Source of the DNA: Nitrospirota bacterium
Lineage (GTDB): Bacteria; Nitrospirota; JACRHJ01
DNA: 64,000 nt
Direction: 5' to 3'
Assembly (NCBI GenBank): GCA_963845245.1
Contig: CAWJRJ010000016.1
Span: forward strand, 160,001 to 224,000
Shown: one piece after another, positions 55,271-64,000 of the stretch
Layout of the letters: the number at the start of each line of letters is the position of its first letter
Position numbering within the stretch: the first letter of the stretch is position 1
Position numbers and translations under genes: made by a program
The notes under the pieces: generated by a model
Seen by the model: only the letters and a program-made list of their open reading frames with translations
What the model was told of the DNA's origin: nothing
Database searches by the model: none

Positions 55271-57390
55271 TGAAAAGGCTTGTCTGGGTCCTCTTTATAA
55301 CGCTTATCCTGACAGTCCCTGCAAATGCTGTTGCGGGTGTACTGAACTCGCCCCATGACATCGCGGCGCAGAAATATACCGTTGCCGGCCGCGAGGACGA
55401 GAAGAAGAACGTCTGCAACTACTGCCACGTTCCACACAAGGCGAAGGGCGCAAGGCTCTGGGCCACCGCGCCGCCGTCTTTGAAAGGCTGGGGCAAGGTC
55501 GGGCCGCTCTGCTATTCGTGCCACGACGGGGTTGCGATAGTGTCGCCGAACGTCGATGCCTCAAACACGGCGTTCAACCCCAAAAGCCACGGGCTTGACA
55601 AGAGTATGTTCCCGGAAGGCGATGACATGTCCGCATCGGACCTGCCATACACCACAGGCGGTTCGGAGAACAACAACATCGAATGTAGTACCTGCCACAA
55701 CCCTCACGACAACACCAACAGGCCGTTCCTGAGGGTCCCAATAAACGATTTGTGCGAGAAATGCCACCAGCACCGTGAGAATTCCGGTTATGGGATAAAC
55801 AACACAGAGGGTACTCACCCCGTACACAAGCAGCCAATCGACGAAGTCGAGGGAGCTTCCCCCATAGAAGTACAACCCGAGTTCAAGGTGGATTTCCCCC
55901 AGGCCTATCCTTCCGAAAACGGCAAGTATACCGAAGGCGTGCATTGGACGCTTGGAGGACACCTCTCCCAGGGTCGCGACGGCACCATGGAATGCATAAC
56001 CTGCCATACGGTACATGGCCGGGAAAGGACTGGGCCGGTAGCGGAAAAGCTGCTTGCGGTGGACCCGGTAAAAGAGCATGCCGACCTGTTCTGCGAGGGT
56101 TGCCATCGGGGCAAGCGCGGAGACAACCTGGCCTCGCCGCCGTTCCCCAACCCAGGTGGGACTACCGCCCCCAGGACATACCACCCCGCGGACGACGACA
56201 CGTCGAACGGGATAGGCAGGATAGTAAATATAAAGTCTCCCAACGGCTGGGTATTCGGCAAAGGCGGAGAAGTGCTCTGCACCACGTGCCACAAACCGCA
56301 CGGGGCTCTCAAAAACTCGCCGATATTGAACCCTCCGGTAGAGCAGAAGACTTTCTGTGAGGAATGTCACAGCACCCCGTTTTCGCATCATCCTTCAGGA
56401 AACAATTCCGGAGGTTCGGGCATAAACTCCGGCAAGCCTCACGCATCGTCAAGGCAGGTCGTGATCCCGCCGGGCTTCCCTGCCGGCATAACGTACGGCA
56501 ACCCGACGCCTTCGACGCTTTACTGTTCAAGCTGTCACCGCGCGCACAACGCGAGTTGCAAGCCTATACTGGTTATAAATTGCGCTGACAACGACTCGTG
56601 CTCCATCTGCACGACCTGCCACCAGAAGTTCAACCCGACCTGGCAGACCGACGACAACTGGAAGTCCACCCATTTTATGGGAGACCCCACTGCGTCGGTC
56701 ATAGACAAGGTGACAGTAACGGGGATGGTGTTCGGGACACAGCCTGGATATTTCGACCAGTACCCGCCCATCAACAAGGACGTCTGGCCCGAATCCGGCC
56801 TCTATTCCCGCTATGGCGGTGTTGATGGCAAGAGCATAACATGTTGTTCATGCCACAGCTTCGCGGTTGGCAACCTTACCGCGGGAGACGCCGACCAGAC
56901 ACCATACCTCGGCCCTGTCCTCGCTCCTGGCTTCCAGCCGTCAGACCTCACCTCCGGCCTGCTGGCCAGGGCAGGGTCATTCAAGGAATGGCTTGAGAGC
57001 GATGTTTTCGATTATACGATCGGTGGAGACAGGGGGACTATCCGGAAGAGCACGAAATATCTCTGCACCGGATGCCACGGCAACACACCTAACTCACACC
57101 CCAGCGGCGGCGAGGGCTTTACCCACCCGCTTATGAACGCGAACGGCTCAAACCTCAACCCGCTGCCCCCTCCGAAGCTTACATACAACAAGCATGTGAA
57201 CTGTGAGTCTTGCCATCAGGCACACGAGGCAGACAGCAGGGGCGGGTTTTTCATACTCAGGCTGGTCGACACCAAATTCAGCAAGGATGATCCCAGCGTC
57301 CCTTCGGCCATACCAGACCCTTACAAGGTGATGAACAGGACCGATATCGAGTTTGCGCCGCTTTGCCAGAAATGCCATGTAGGTTATTAG
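55270..57390 (+). CDS. Secreted multiheme c-type cytochrome, 14 CxxCH motifs (paralog of 49607)
   Basis: CNYCH, CYSCH, CSTCH, CEKCH, CITCH, CEGCH, CTTCH, CEECH, CSSCH, CTTCH, CCSCH, CTGCH, CESCH, CQKCH. Confidence 0.95.
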   Translation: MKRLVWVLFITLILTVPANAVAGVLNSPHDIAAQKYTVAGREDEKKNVCNYCHVPHKAKGARLWATAPPSLKGWGKVGPLCYSCHDGVAIVSPNVDASNTAFNPKSHGLDKSMFPEGDDMSASDLPYTTGGSENNNIECSTCHNPHDNTNRPFLRVPINDLCEKCHQHRENSGYGINNTEGTHPVHKQPIDEVEGASPIEVQPEFKVDFPQAYPSENGKYTEGVHWTLGGHLSQGRDGTMECITCHTVHGRERTGPVAEKLLAVDPVKEHADLFCEGCHRGKRGDNLASPPFPNPGGTTAPRTYHPADDDTSNGIGRIVNIKSPNGWVFGKGGEVLCTTCHKPHGALKNSPILNPPVEQKTFCEECHSTPFSHHPSGNNSGGSGINSGKPHASSRQVVIPPGFPAGITYGNPTPSTLYCSSCHRAHNASCKPILVINCADNDSCSICTTCHQKFNPTWQTDDNWKSTHFMGDPTASVIDKVTVTGMVFGTQPGYFDQYPPINKDVWPESGLYSRYGGVDGKSITCCSCHSFAVGNLTAGDADQTPYLGPVLAPGFQPSDLTSGLLARAGSFKEWLESDVFDYTIGGDRGTIRKSTKYLCTGCHGNTPNSHPSGGEGFTHPLMNANGSNLNPLPPPKLTYNKHVNCESCHQAHEADSRGGFFILRLVDTKFSKDDPSVPSAIPDPYKVMNRTDIEFAPLCQKCHVGY

Positions 57391-57407
57391 AGCGTTAAGG
57401 AGAGCTT

Positions 57408-59700
57408 ATGAAGGGCGGACAAAGAGTCTTAACACTGGCCGGGATAGTTTTCCTCTTGGTCATGGCCGCCTTCAGGGGGGTTGCTCCTGCTGCAATCGGT
57501 GACGTAGCTTCCAAACACAACATGACCGAGATCCCTGGAAACGGTTTTACTACGGTATGCCAAGCCTGCCACGAACCTCATGCGGCTTCGGGAGAAAAAA
57601 GGCTTTGGTCGAAGGATAAGGAACAGCCCGGAGACAGGCTGAGGGACCTTGCGCCTGCAAAAGCGGCATCGCTCGACCAGGTGGCCGGGCCCGCGCGACT
57701 ACCCCGGCATATATCTATGCCTCGACTGTCACAGTAATTCGGCATCCGCGCCAAATTGGACCAAGGCCTTAGGGCATGCAGCGGCAAAGGTTAAGACGCA
57801 TTCGACCAGGGAGATGCAGGCGGCGGGGTTCACTACCAAGAGGGAGTCTTTTGTCGTAGAATGCACAACCTGCCATGATACGCACCAGCGTTGGACCGGG
57901 ACCTTTACTGCAGGGGTGAACGGGTATATGGTCAGGCCGACCATAAAAACCCCTAACAGCGGAGACAAGGCGGTGGTCTTCACATCAATGACAGGCGCCA
58001 ACTCCCTCGGCAGTAATCTGCCGGCTCACACTTCCGTGTGCGAGGTCTGCCACACCACTACTATATACCACAAAAACACCAACTCAACCGCGCACAACGA
58101 CGGTGTCAACTGCACCGGCTGTCACAATCACTCAAACGGCTTTGCCGGCCTTGGCTGCCAGGGATGCCACGGCGACCCGCCGACCAGCTTCAACACCCTG
58201 GTCGGCAGGCCTTCCAACGCAGGTACCACGCCTACCGGCGCCGTTACAGCAGGCAAGCATGCGTACCATACATATTCCACCAACAGAGGTTCGGGTTACC
58301 AGTGCACGGTCTGCCATAGGGGCGGCATGGGAATCGACACCAGCGAAAACAAGGTAATAGACGTAAGGTTCTCCGCCTTCGGTGTGTCCACTAGCGGCGG
58401 TTTCGACGGTTTCTCGCCTATAAGCGGATATACATTCAGCGCCAACAACTCCACGGGCGGGACCCTCCAGTGCAGGAACACCTACTGTCATGGTAATTTT
58501 ACAGGCGGCATTACCGGCAACAGTCCGGTCTGGAATGTAGCCTCCACGGGCGCCTGCGGCACCTGCCACGCAACTGCGCCTCCCGGGCTGGCAAATCACA
58601 GCCTGCACCTCACGTCCGCCTGGGGCCCGATGGCCGCATGCGACGACTGCCACCCAGCCGGGTCAGTTACCGGGAAGCATGCTGGGCACGTGGACGGGAC
58701 TGTCACATTTAAAGACGGGAACAACCTGTCGGCTACCAACGCCTGTGACCGTTGTCACGGGAGCGGCACGGCAACGGCAAAAAGCAGTTGGAGGAACCCC
58801 GCGCCGCTTAGGGGTACAACCGCATGGTGTGAGACCTGCCACAACGGTTCTTCGACGGTCAACACAGCATCAGGCACGGGCGGTGTCGACGTTTCCGCGC
58901 CGAACGTTGACGGAGACGGGACATACGGGTTTGACTGGAGCGGGCACGGCCAGCCGGGCATAGGCCTGGCCTGCACCGATTGCCATGACGCGCAGTCTGC
59001 GCACATCGATGGGAAATCGCCGACGTACCGTTCGGCACTCAACAACTACAAGGCAGGTTATCGCCTTGCAGTGTCAAACACCGTGCCCCTGCTTGGGAAT
59101 TATTCGAGCGGTAAAGTAAAGTTGTGTCTTTCATCCTGCCATATAGAGTCCAGGTTGCTCGGCATGCCGCCCGGAGGAAAACAGTCCGGCTTCCATGTAC
59201 AGGCGAGCCCGATAAGCACCGACAAGTGGTACACCAACTTCAGGAACATGTCGACCCACGCGGGCCTGTATGAAGGCAACTGGGACGATACGAGCGCCGG
59301 AGACGTCCCCACAAATATCCATTGGAACCACATGGACGACTACGGGAGCAACAAGAGGGGCCAATATATTGGATACAGGATATTCGACTCGGACGGGGAC
59401 GGCGTGGGCGACTCCAACGTGACCTGCGAGACCTGCCACAACCCGCACGGTACAAGACAGTCCGCGATGGTGTTGGACGACTTCTCGCTCAAGACGTTCT
59501 CGGTGCTCACAAACCAGTCCATCAACCCTTCGTACCGTTGGCTGGGCAGCGCCAAATATACGACCACAAGGTGCACTCAGGCGTGTCACAGCTCCGGCAA
59601 CGCGTCAGGTACGGCTGGCACAAAGTGGTACAGGGAGCCCACGTCTTTGAGCACCGTGTTCGGGATCCCGCTCGGCCTTACGGCCGTACCGCTGCCATAA
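57408..59700 (+). CDS. Multiheme cytochrome with 13 CxxCH + 1 Cx4CH + 2 Cx3CH motifs, frameshift near 57693
   Basis: Signal peptide and CQACH in ORF 57408..57737, continuing in 57649..59700; atypical motifs CRNTYCH, CLSSCH, CTQACH. Confidence 0.9.
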
Positions 59701-59756
59701 AAGCGGTTAAAGTTAAGGTGGTAGCGCGTAAGCCAAGGAAGTATTGGAGTTCAAGC

Positions 59757-62642
59757 ATGAACAAGTTGATGTCAGCCCTGTCAATCCTCATTGTACTGGC
59801 GCTATGCCTTGATGGCCAGGCGTTTGCGAAAAATCCCGGGCCGGTCGCCGTTGATAAAGCTCAGGCCGAAGGGCCGGGAATAAAGCTGGTATGGAAGAAC
59901 CCTTCAGACGTGCCGGCTTCGAATATCAAGGGCTTCAACGTTTATCGCTCTGAAGGGATAATGGGCCACTACAAGAAGGTAAACAAGCAACTTGTAAAGG
60001 ATCTGTTCTTTGAAGACAGGGGCTTGATAAAGGGAAAGGATTATTTTTACAAGGTAGCGACCGTATTGGAAGACGGCAAGGAAAGCAAGCCGACGCAGCC
60101 GGTCGGCCTTACGGCGGGAAGTCCAGACGGCCAGACAATCAAGTTGCCGGAGATAAAGTCCTTCACCTCTGACGCGCTGGGTGTAATAAAATATGCGGGG
60201 GATGAGGCCGTATTCATCCTGAATGGTGATCCGGCCCTTACCGCTGTCATGGATATCGCGGGGGTGGCTTCCGGCCTTAAGATGGCGGAAATAAAGCCGG
60301 GTACATACCGTTGCGTGTATAAGGTGCGCAAGGGTATGAAGGCCAGGAATGCCTTTGCCAAGGCTACACTGATAGACACCAGGGGCGGCAAAACCTCAAT
60401 GTCGACGCCGGAGACCATATCTTTTCTTGGCGAAGGCAAGCCGTCCATGACCGGTTTCTATGCCGGCATCGTTGAGCCTGACCGGGTGGGTCTCAACTGG
60501 CCGCGGCAGGTATTAAACGACGGCCATTTCAGCCTCTACCGTGACACCGCACGTATAGTGGGTATTGATGGCATGGTACCGCTATCCGGCAGTATCAGCG
60601 GTGGCGCATCGGCACACATTGATTTTGACGTCGCACCCGGCACGACGTACTACTACGTGCTTGCCAGGATGGACAGCGCGGGCAATATGGCAGAATTTAC
60701 CGAGAACCTGGAAGTGCATGTCCCTGTCAAGACGCCGTCAGGCATAGAATCGGTGGACGAGGACTCAGGCGGAAAGGTCCTCAAGTCCGGCTCGAAGCTC
60801 ACGGTAGCCATGCGCACCATGCCTGGCGGAAAGGCGTCGTTCTCGCTTGGCGATACGGTAAGGGATATTGTGATGGCGGAAGCGGAGCCGGGGTTGTACC
60901 GGGGTTCTTACACGGTCCGTGAGGGTGACGGGTCTTTTAAATCCAGAGTATCTGCAAGCTTCAAAGACGCGGGCGGCTCTTCTCATTTTGCAAGCTCTGC
61001 CACGTTTGTCACGGTTGATGCCCCGAAGGAGGCGATAAAACCCTCGTCCGGGAAAAAGCCGTTAATAGAAGGAATAAAAGATGACATACAGACGGCGGCC
61101 GGCATATCAGGACGTCTTGCCGCAGGCAAGACATTCACGGTGACGATGACCGGCGACCCGGGAAACAAGGCTTATTTCAACGTGGGCGAAGGTATATGGA
61201 AGGTCCCGATGAAGGAGGACAGCCCGGGCATATACACGGGCACGTATACCGTCAAGCCCGGCGACAATACAGGTACATCTTCAGACCCGTTTAAAAAGAC
61301 ATATGTGACAGGTTATCTGGAAAGCAGCACCGGTGCGGTATCAGACCCATTCAGCAGCATTGTGCCGGTGATAATCGACACGACATGCAACATAAAGGTG
61401 GAAGTATCTGACCAGAGCCTGACTGCGGACGCCAAAAGCCAGGCCAAGGTGACATTTACCGTAACGGATGTCGATGGACAGCCGGTACGGGGCCGTCGGC
61501 TCACTGTAGCGCTTGAACCGCCGCCGCATTACACGGGGGTCGTGGGCGGAGGCGGGATGGAGCAGGGCAGGAACGACACTCAGGCGTTGGGCAGGCTCCA
61601 GCTGGATTTTGACGACCTGACGGATGATTACGGCAAGTTAAAGGCCACCTACACATCAGGCTTCGCCGCCAAGACGGCGATGATCGTGGCTAGGGACTAT
61701 GTTACTGGAAGCGTAGGCGTAAACTATATATCGACCGTCATCTCATCCTCGGTGAGCGTTACCCTTACCCCCGTGGGCAGCACCAGGTCCGCTTTGGCCG
61801 CCCGCACAGCGCAGTCATACCAGCTAACGCTGGATGCCACCCCCGACACCCTTACCGCTGACGGGACCAGCAGGGCAAACATACTGGCCACCCTTTCGCA
61901 GAACGGTGTGCCGGTACCGAACAAAAAGATCATATTCGCCGTAAGCGGGGCAGGGGGCAGCCTGAATCCCAGTTCGGCAACAACCGACCAGTCGGGAAGG
62001 GCACAGGTCTTTTATACAGCAGGGACCAGGGCGGGCAGCGTCATCATTACCGCCACGGAGCAGACGTCCGGGACAGGCGCGACGACGACGATCACGCTTA
62101 AGCCGGATGCACCGGCCCACATAACCGCGATGGCGACCCCCGATACGCTTCCGGCCGATGGGTTTAGTACATCTGCCGTGCATGTCGACCTTGAAGACGT
62201 GAACCACAACCCGACAGACGGCATATCGCTGCTGTTCGCGTTGCGCGGAGGGCTTGGCAGCGGGCGCATCAGCGTAAACTCGGCAATAACGGACCAGCGC
62301 GGCGGTGCCGATTTCATATACACCGCAGGCAATCAGGCGGGTATTGCGACGGTGGACATCACTGCCGCTTCGCCTGCCCCGACCGAAGACGAACTCAAGT
62401 CTTACCGTTTGAGGATAATGGCTCCGCAGGTCTATGACAACTATGATATGACGGAGCTTGTGGTACTTAAGTGGTACAAGGCGACCGGAGACGCGGTCGG
62501 CCAAGGTGAGCCGGTTGCCGTTGTCGGGACTCCAATGGGGAGCATGACGGTATATTCACCCGCAAGCGGTGTCCTTGACAGGATTACAGTCGACCAGGGC
62601 ACAAATGTTATGGAGGGGAGGGAAATCGGTGCTATTAGATGA
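59757..62642 (+). CDS. Secreted FN3/Ig-repeat (invasin Big-1-like) protein with C-terminal lipoyl-like domain
   Basis: Signal peptide from ATG 59757; FN3 units; three G.PG..A.F......V.M.E..PG.Y.G.Y.V repeats; L.ADG.S.A Big-1-like repeats; terminal VLKWYKATGDAV..GEPV...SPASGVL. Confidence 0.8.
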   Translation: MNKLMSALSILIVLALCLDGQAFAKNPGPVAVDKAQAEGPGIKLVWKNPSDVPASNIKGFNVYRSEGIMGHYKKVNKQLVKDLFFEDRGLIKGKDYFYKVATVLEDGKESKPTQPVGLTAGSPDGQTIKLPEIKSFTSDALGVIKYAGDEAVFILNGDPALTAVMDIAGVASGLKMAEIKPGTYRCVYKVRKGMKARNAFAKATLIDTRGGKTSMSTPETISFLGEGKPSMTGFYAGIVEPDRVGLNWPRQVLNDGHFSLYRDTARIVGIDGMVPLSGSISGGASAHIDFDVAPGTTYYYVLARMDSAGNMAEFTENLEVHVPVKTPSGIESVDEDSGGKVLKSGSKLTVAMRTMPGGKASFSLGDTVRDIVMAEAEPGLYRGSYTVREGDGSFKSRVSASFKDAGGSSHFASSATFVTVDAPKEAIKPSSGKKPLIEGIKDDIQTAAGISGRLAAGKTFTVTMTGDPGNKAYFNVGEGIWKVPMKEDSPGIYTGTYTVKPGDNTGTSSDPFKKTYVTGYLESSTGAVSDPFSSIVPVIIDTTCNIKVEVSDQSLTADAKSQAKVTFTVTDVDGQPVRGRRLTVALEPPPHYTGVVGGGGMEQGRNDTQALGRLQLDFDDLTDDYGKLKATYTSGFAAKTAMIVARDYVTGSVGVNYISTVISSSVSVTLTPVGSTRSALAARTAQSYQLTLDATPDTLTADGTSRANILATLSQNGVPVPNKKIIFAVSGAGGSLNPSSATTDQSGRAQVFYTAGTRAGSVIITATEQTSGTGATTTITLKPDAPAHITAMATPDTLPADGFSTSAVHVDLEDVNHNPTDGISLLFALRGGLGSGRISVNSAITDQRGGADFIYTAGNQAGIATVDITAASPAPTEDELKSYRLRIMAPQVYDNYDMTELVVLKWYKATGDAVGQGEPVAVVGTPMGSMTVYSPASGVLDRITVDQGTNVMEGREIGAIR

Positions 62643-62685
62643 GCCTGGTGGCAGTTTTCGCCAGAAAGCCGGCGGATAACTGTAT

Positions 62686-64000
62686 TTGAAAGATAATACT
62701 ACAGCTTCAAAAAATGCTACTGTTTTCCCGGGACCATGGGGAGGGATCCTGGGAGCCCTCCTATTTTTTACAACAATACTTCTAATCCCCAGGGAAAGCT
62801 ATGCCCTGATCAACTACGGCACCGACCTCAGTTATCAGCAAAACGATACCGTAAACGGCACTGATACTACGAGCTCAGTGCAAGAGAGGTTCAGTTTCTA
62901 TTTCAACGTTATCTCAAAGCCATCGTCCAGGCTCTCCCTGGCGGGGATACTGAGGTTTGACGTACTAGATGACAAGACGATCCCCGGCACCAACAGCCTG
63001 GAGTTACAGCCGAACGTGGACGTTAATATCTCTTCGAGCGCCGTCCAGTTCGGCGTGGGTTACAGGCAGATTATCCAGAACCAGTCGGTTATATCGGGTG
63101 CCGGCACGACAACCAGTGCGACTAACCTGAAGAACAACTCGGATGACTGGTACGTGGATACCACCATAAGGGCCGGCAAACTTCCCACGTTTAGGCTCAG
63201 ATATGAAGTCAGGGACCAGTCTCAGATAACTGATGGGGAGGCAACCGCCAAGACCAAAACCGACGACCTGCAGGGCTCGCTTAACTACAAGCTGGGGCCT
63301 TTGTTTATAAATGCGAATTATCGCAATCTATCGACCGAGGACAAGATAACAGGGATTTTAACCGATGAAACGCAGATACTGGGACAGGCGAGCATGAGCC
63401 AGAAAATCGGGTCCAAGGTCAATTTTGGAATTCGAGACGACTATAACCTGGACAATGTCAAGACTGATAACGTCACCACCACGAAAAGGTACTCAAACTA
63501 TAGCGAACTGCGGGTCGTCTACAACCCCTTCATGGGCCTGAACCTTAACTCGACCTATTCATATCGCATGTCCGACGACACGTTTGCAGGTACGGGTAAG
63601 ACAACCGAAACTGGATGGTATTCCTCGTTCAACTACGCGTTTCCCAAATACCTGCGCCTGTACGGATCATACTATACATTGCAAACGGATAATCAGGGCA
63701 ACAGCATTACCACCACTAATACCTCCACCACGCCTGCCACCATAACCACCACCATCACGCAGGCCGCCAAAACTGTTAACGACAACGCGATAGCGGGTTT
63801 GAATTTCTCCAACACGTTTGGCAAATATGCCTTCACATTAAGGTATGAGAGACGGGTGAACACCATAACTACCGAACAGCCTGGCGTCACCACCATCACC
63901 ACTCCCCCCCCCGTCACTCCCCCCACCCCCACAAGCACCACCACTACTAAAAATAGTGTTACAACAGACAACCTGGACTGGGTGTTGTCTACCCACCTGA
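62686..64000 (+). CDS. Outer-membrane beta-barrel (porin-like) protein, partial; absent from the ORF track because it has no stop in the window
   Basis: Open frame from TTG 62686 to the end: hydrophobic signal ending ESYA, then alternating strands (RFSFYFNV, PTFRLRYE, GSLNYKLG, LNLNSTYSY) and Thr/Pro-rich loops. Confidence 0.8.
   Translation, partial: MKDNTTASKNATVFPGPWGGILGALLFFTTILLIPRESYALINYGTDLSYQQNDTVNGTDTTSSVQERFSFYFNVISKPSSRLSLAGILRFDVLDDKTIPGTNSLELQPNVDVNISSSAVQFGVGYRQIIQNQSVISGAGTTTSATNLKNNSDDWYVDTTIRAGKLPTFRLRYEVRDQSQITDGEATAKTKTDDLQGSLNYKLGPLFINANYRNLSTEDKITGILTDETQILGQASMSQKIGSKVNFGIRDDYNLDNVKTDNVTTTKRYSNYSELRVVYNPFMGLNLNSTYSYRMSDDTFAGTGKTTETGWYSSFNYAFPKYLRLYGSYYTLQTDNQGNSITTTNTSTTPATITTTITQAAKTVNDNAIAGLNFSNTFGKYAFTLRYERRVNTITTEQPGVTTITTPPPVTPPTPTSTTTTKNSVTTDNLDWVLSTHL

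Noticed and set aside
59322..59756. N-terminal 145 aa of the 1106-aa ORF in the track
   Set aside because: Overlaps the cytochrome gene in another frame; the signal peptide begins at ATG 59757.
62643..62740. Possible cyclic-dinucleotide (GEMM) riboswitch before the porin
   Set aside because: I could not find the GGCAAA...GAAA...GACGCAAAGC core, and most of the interval is porin coding sequence.

Overview
64 kb of a GC-rich anaerobic bacterial chromosome; the gene content suggests Nitrospirota or a Desulfobacterota/Geobacter-like lineage (inference only). Many genes, including the normally essential ffh, trmD and rplS, are split by single-base indels, most likely uncorrected long-read errors, so split ORFs are joined below. 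In order: (1) the end of a GeoRSP-like cassette (two beta-helix paralogs, PqqD-like protein, radical SAM/SPASM); (2) a two-gene SufC/SufB-like (SMS-type) Fe-S system divergent from an ArsR-led arsenic operon (arsR-acr3-arsD-arsA) that continues through a tiny CPxCG protein, two thioredoxins and CcdA into the mercury-methylation genes hgcA-hgcB and a metallophosphoesterase; (3) an hsp20-dnaJ-hspR-clpB operon with a HAIR-like operator, followed by an accessory region bearing a duplicated clpB 3' end; (4) housekeeping def-fmt-DUF116-rsmB-PASTA-rpe and ffh-rpsP-khpA-rimM-trmD-rplS-rnhB, separated by an AT-rich toxin/antitoxin/SecB-like (TAC-type) module; (5) a ~20 kb extracellular-electron-transfer-like cluster with three large multiheme cytochromes (14, 14 and 16 heme motifs by my count), two FN3-NHL proteins, a PpiC foldase, a DUF2723 glycosyltransferase, an Ig-repeat protein ending in a Lys-less lipoyl-like domain, and a beta-barrel porin running off the window end. 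No rRNA, tRNA, CRISPR array, transposase or integrase was seen.
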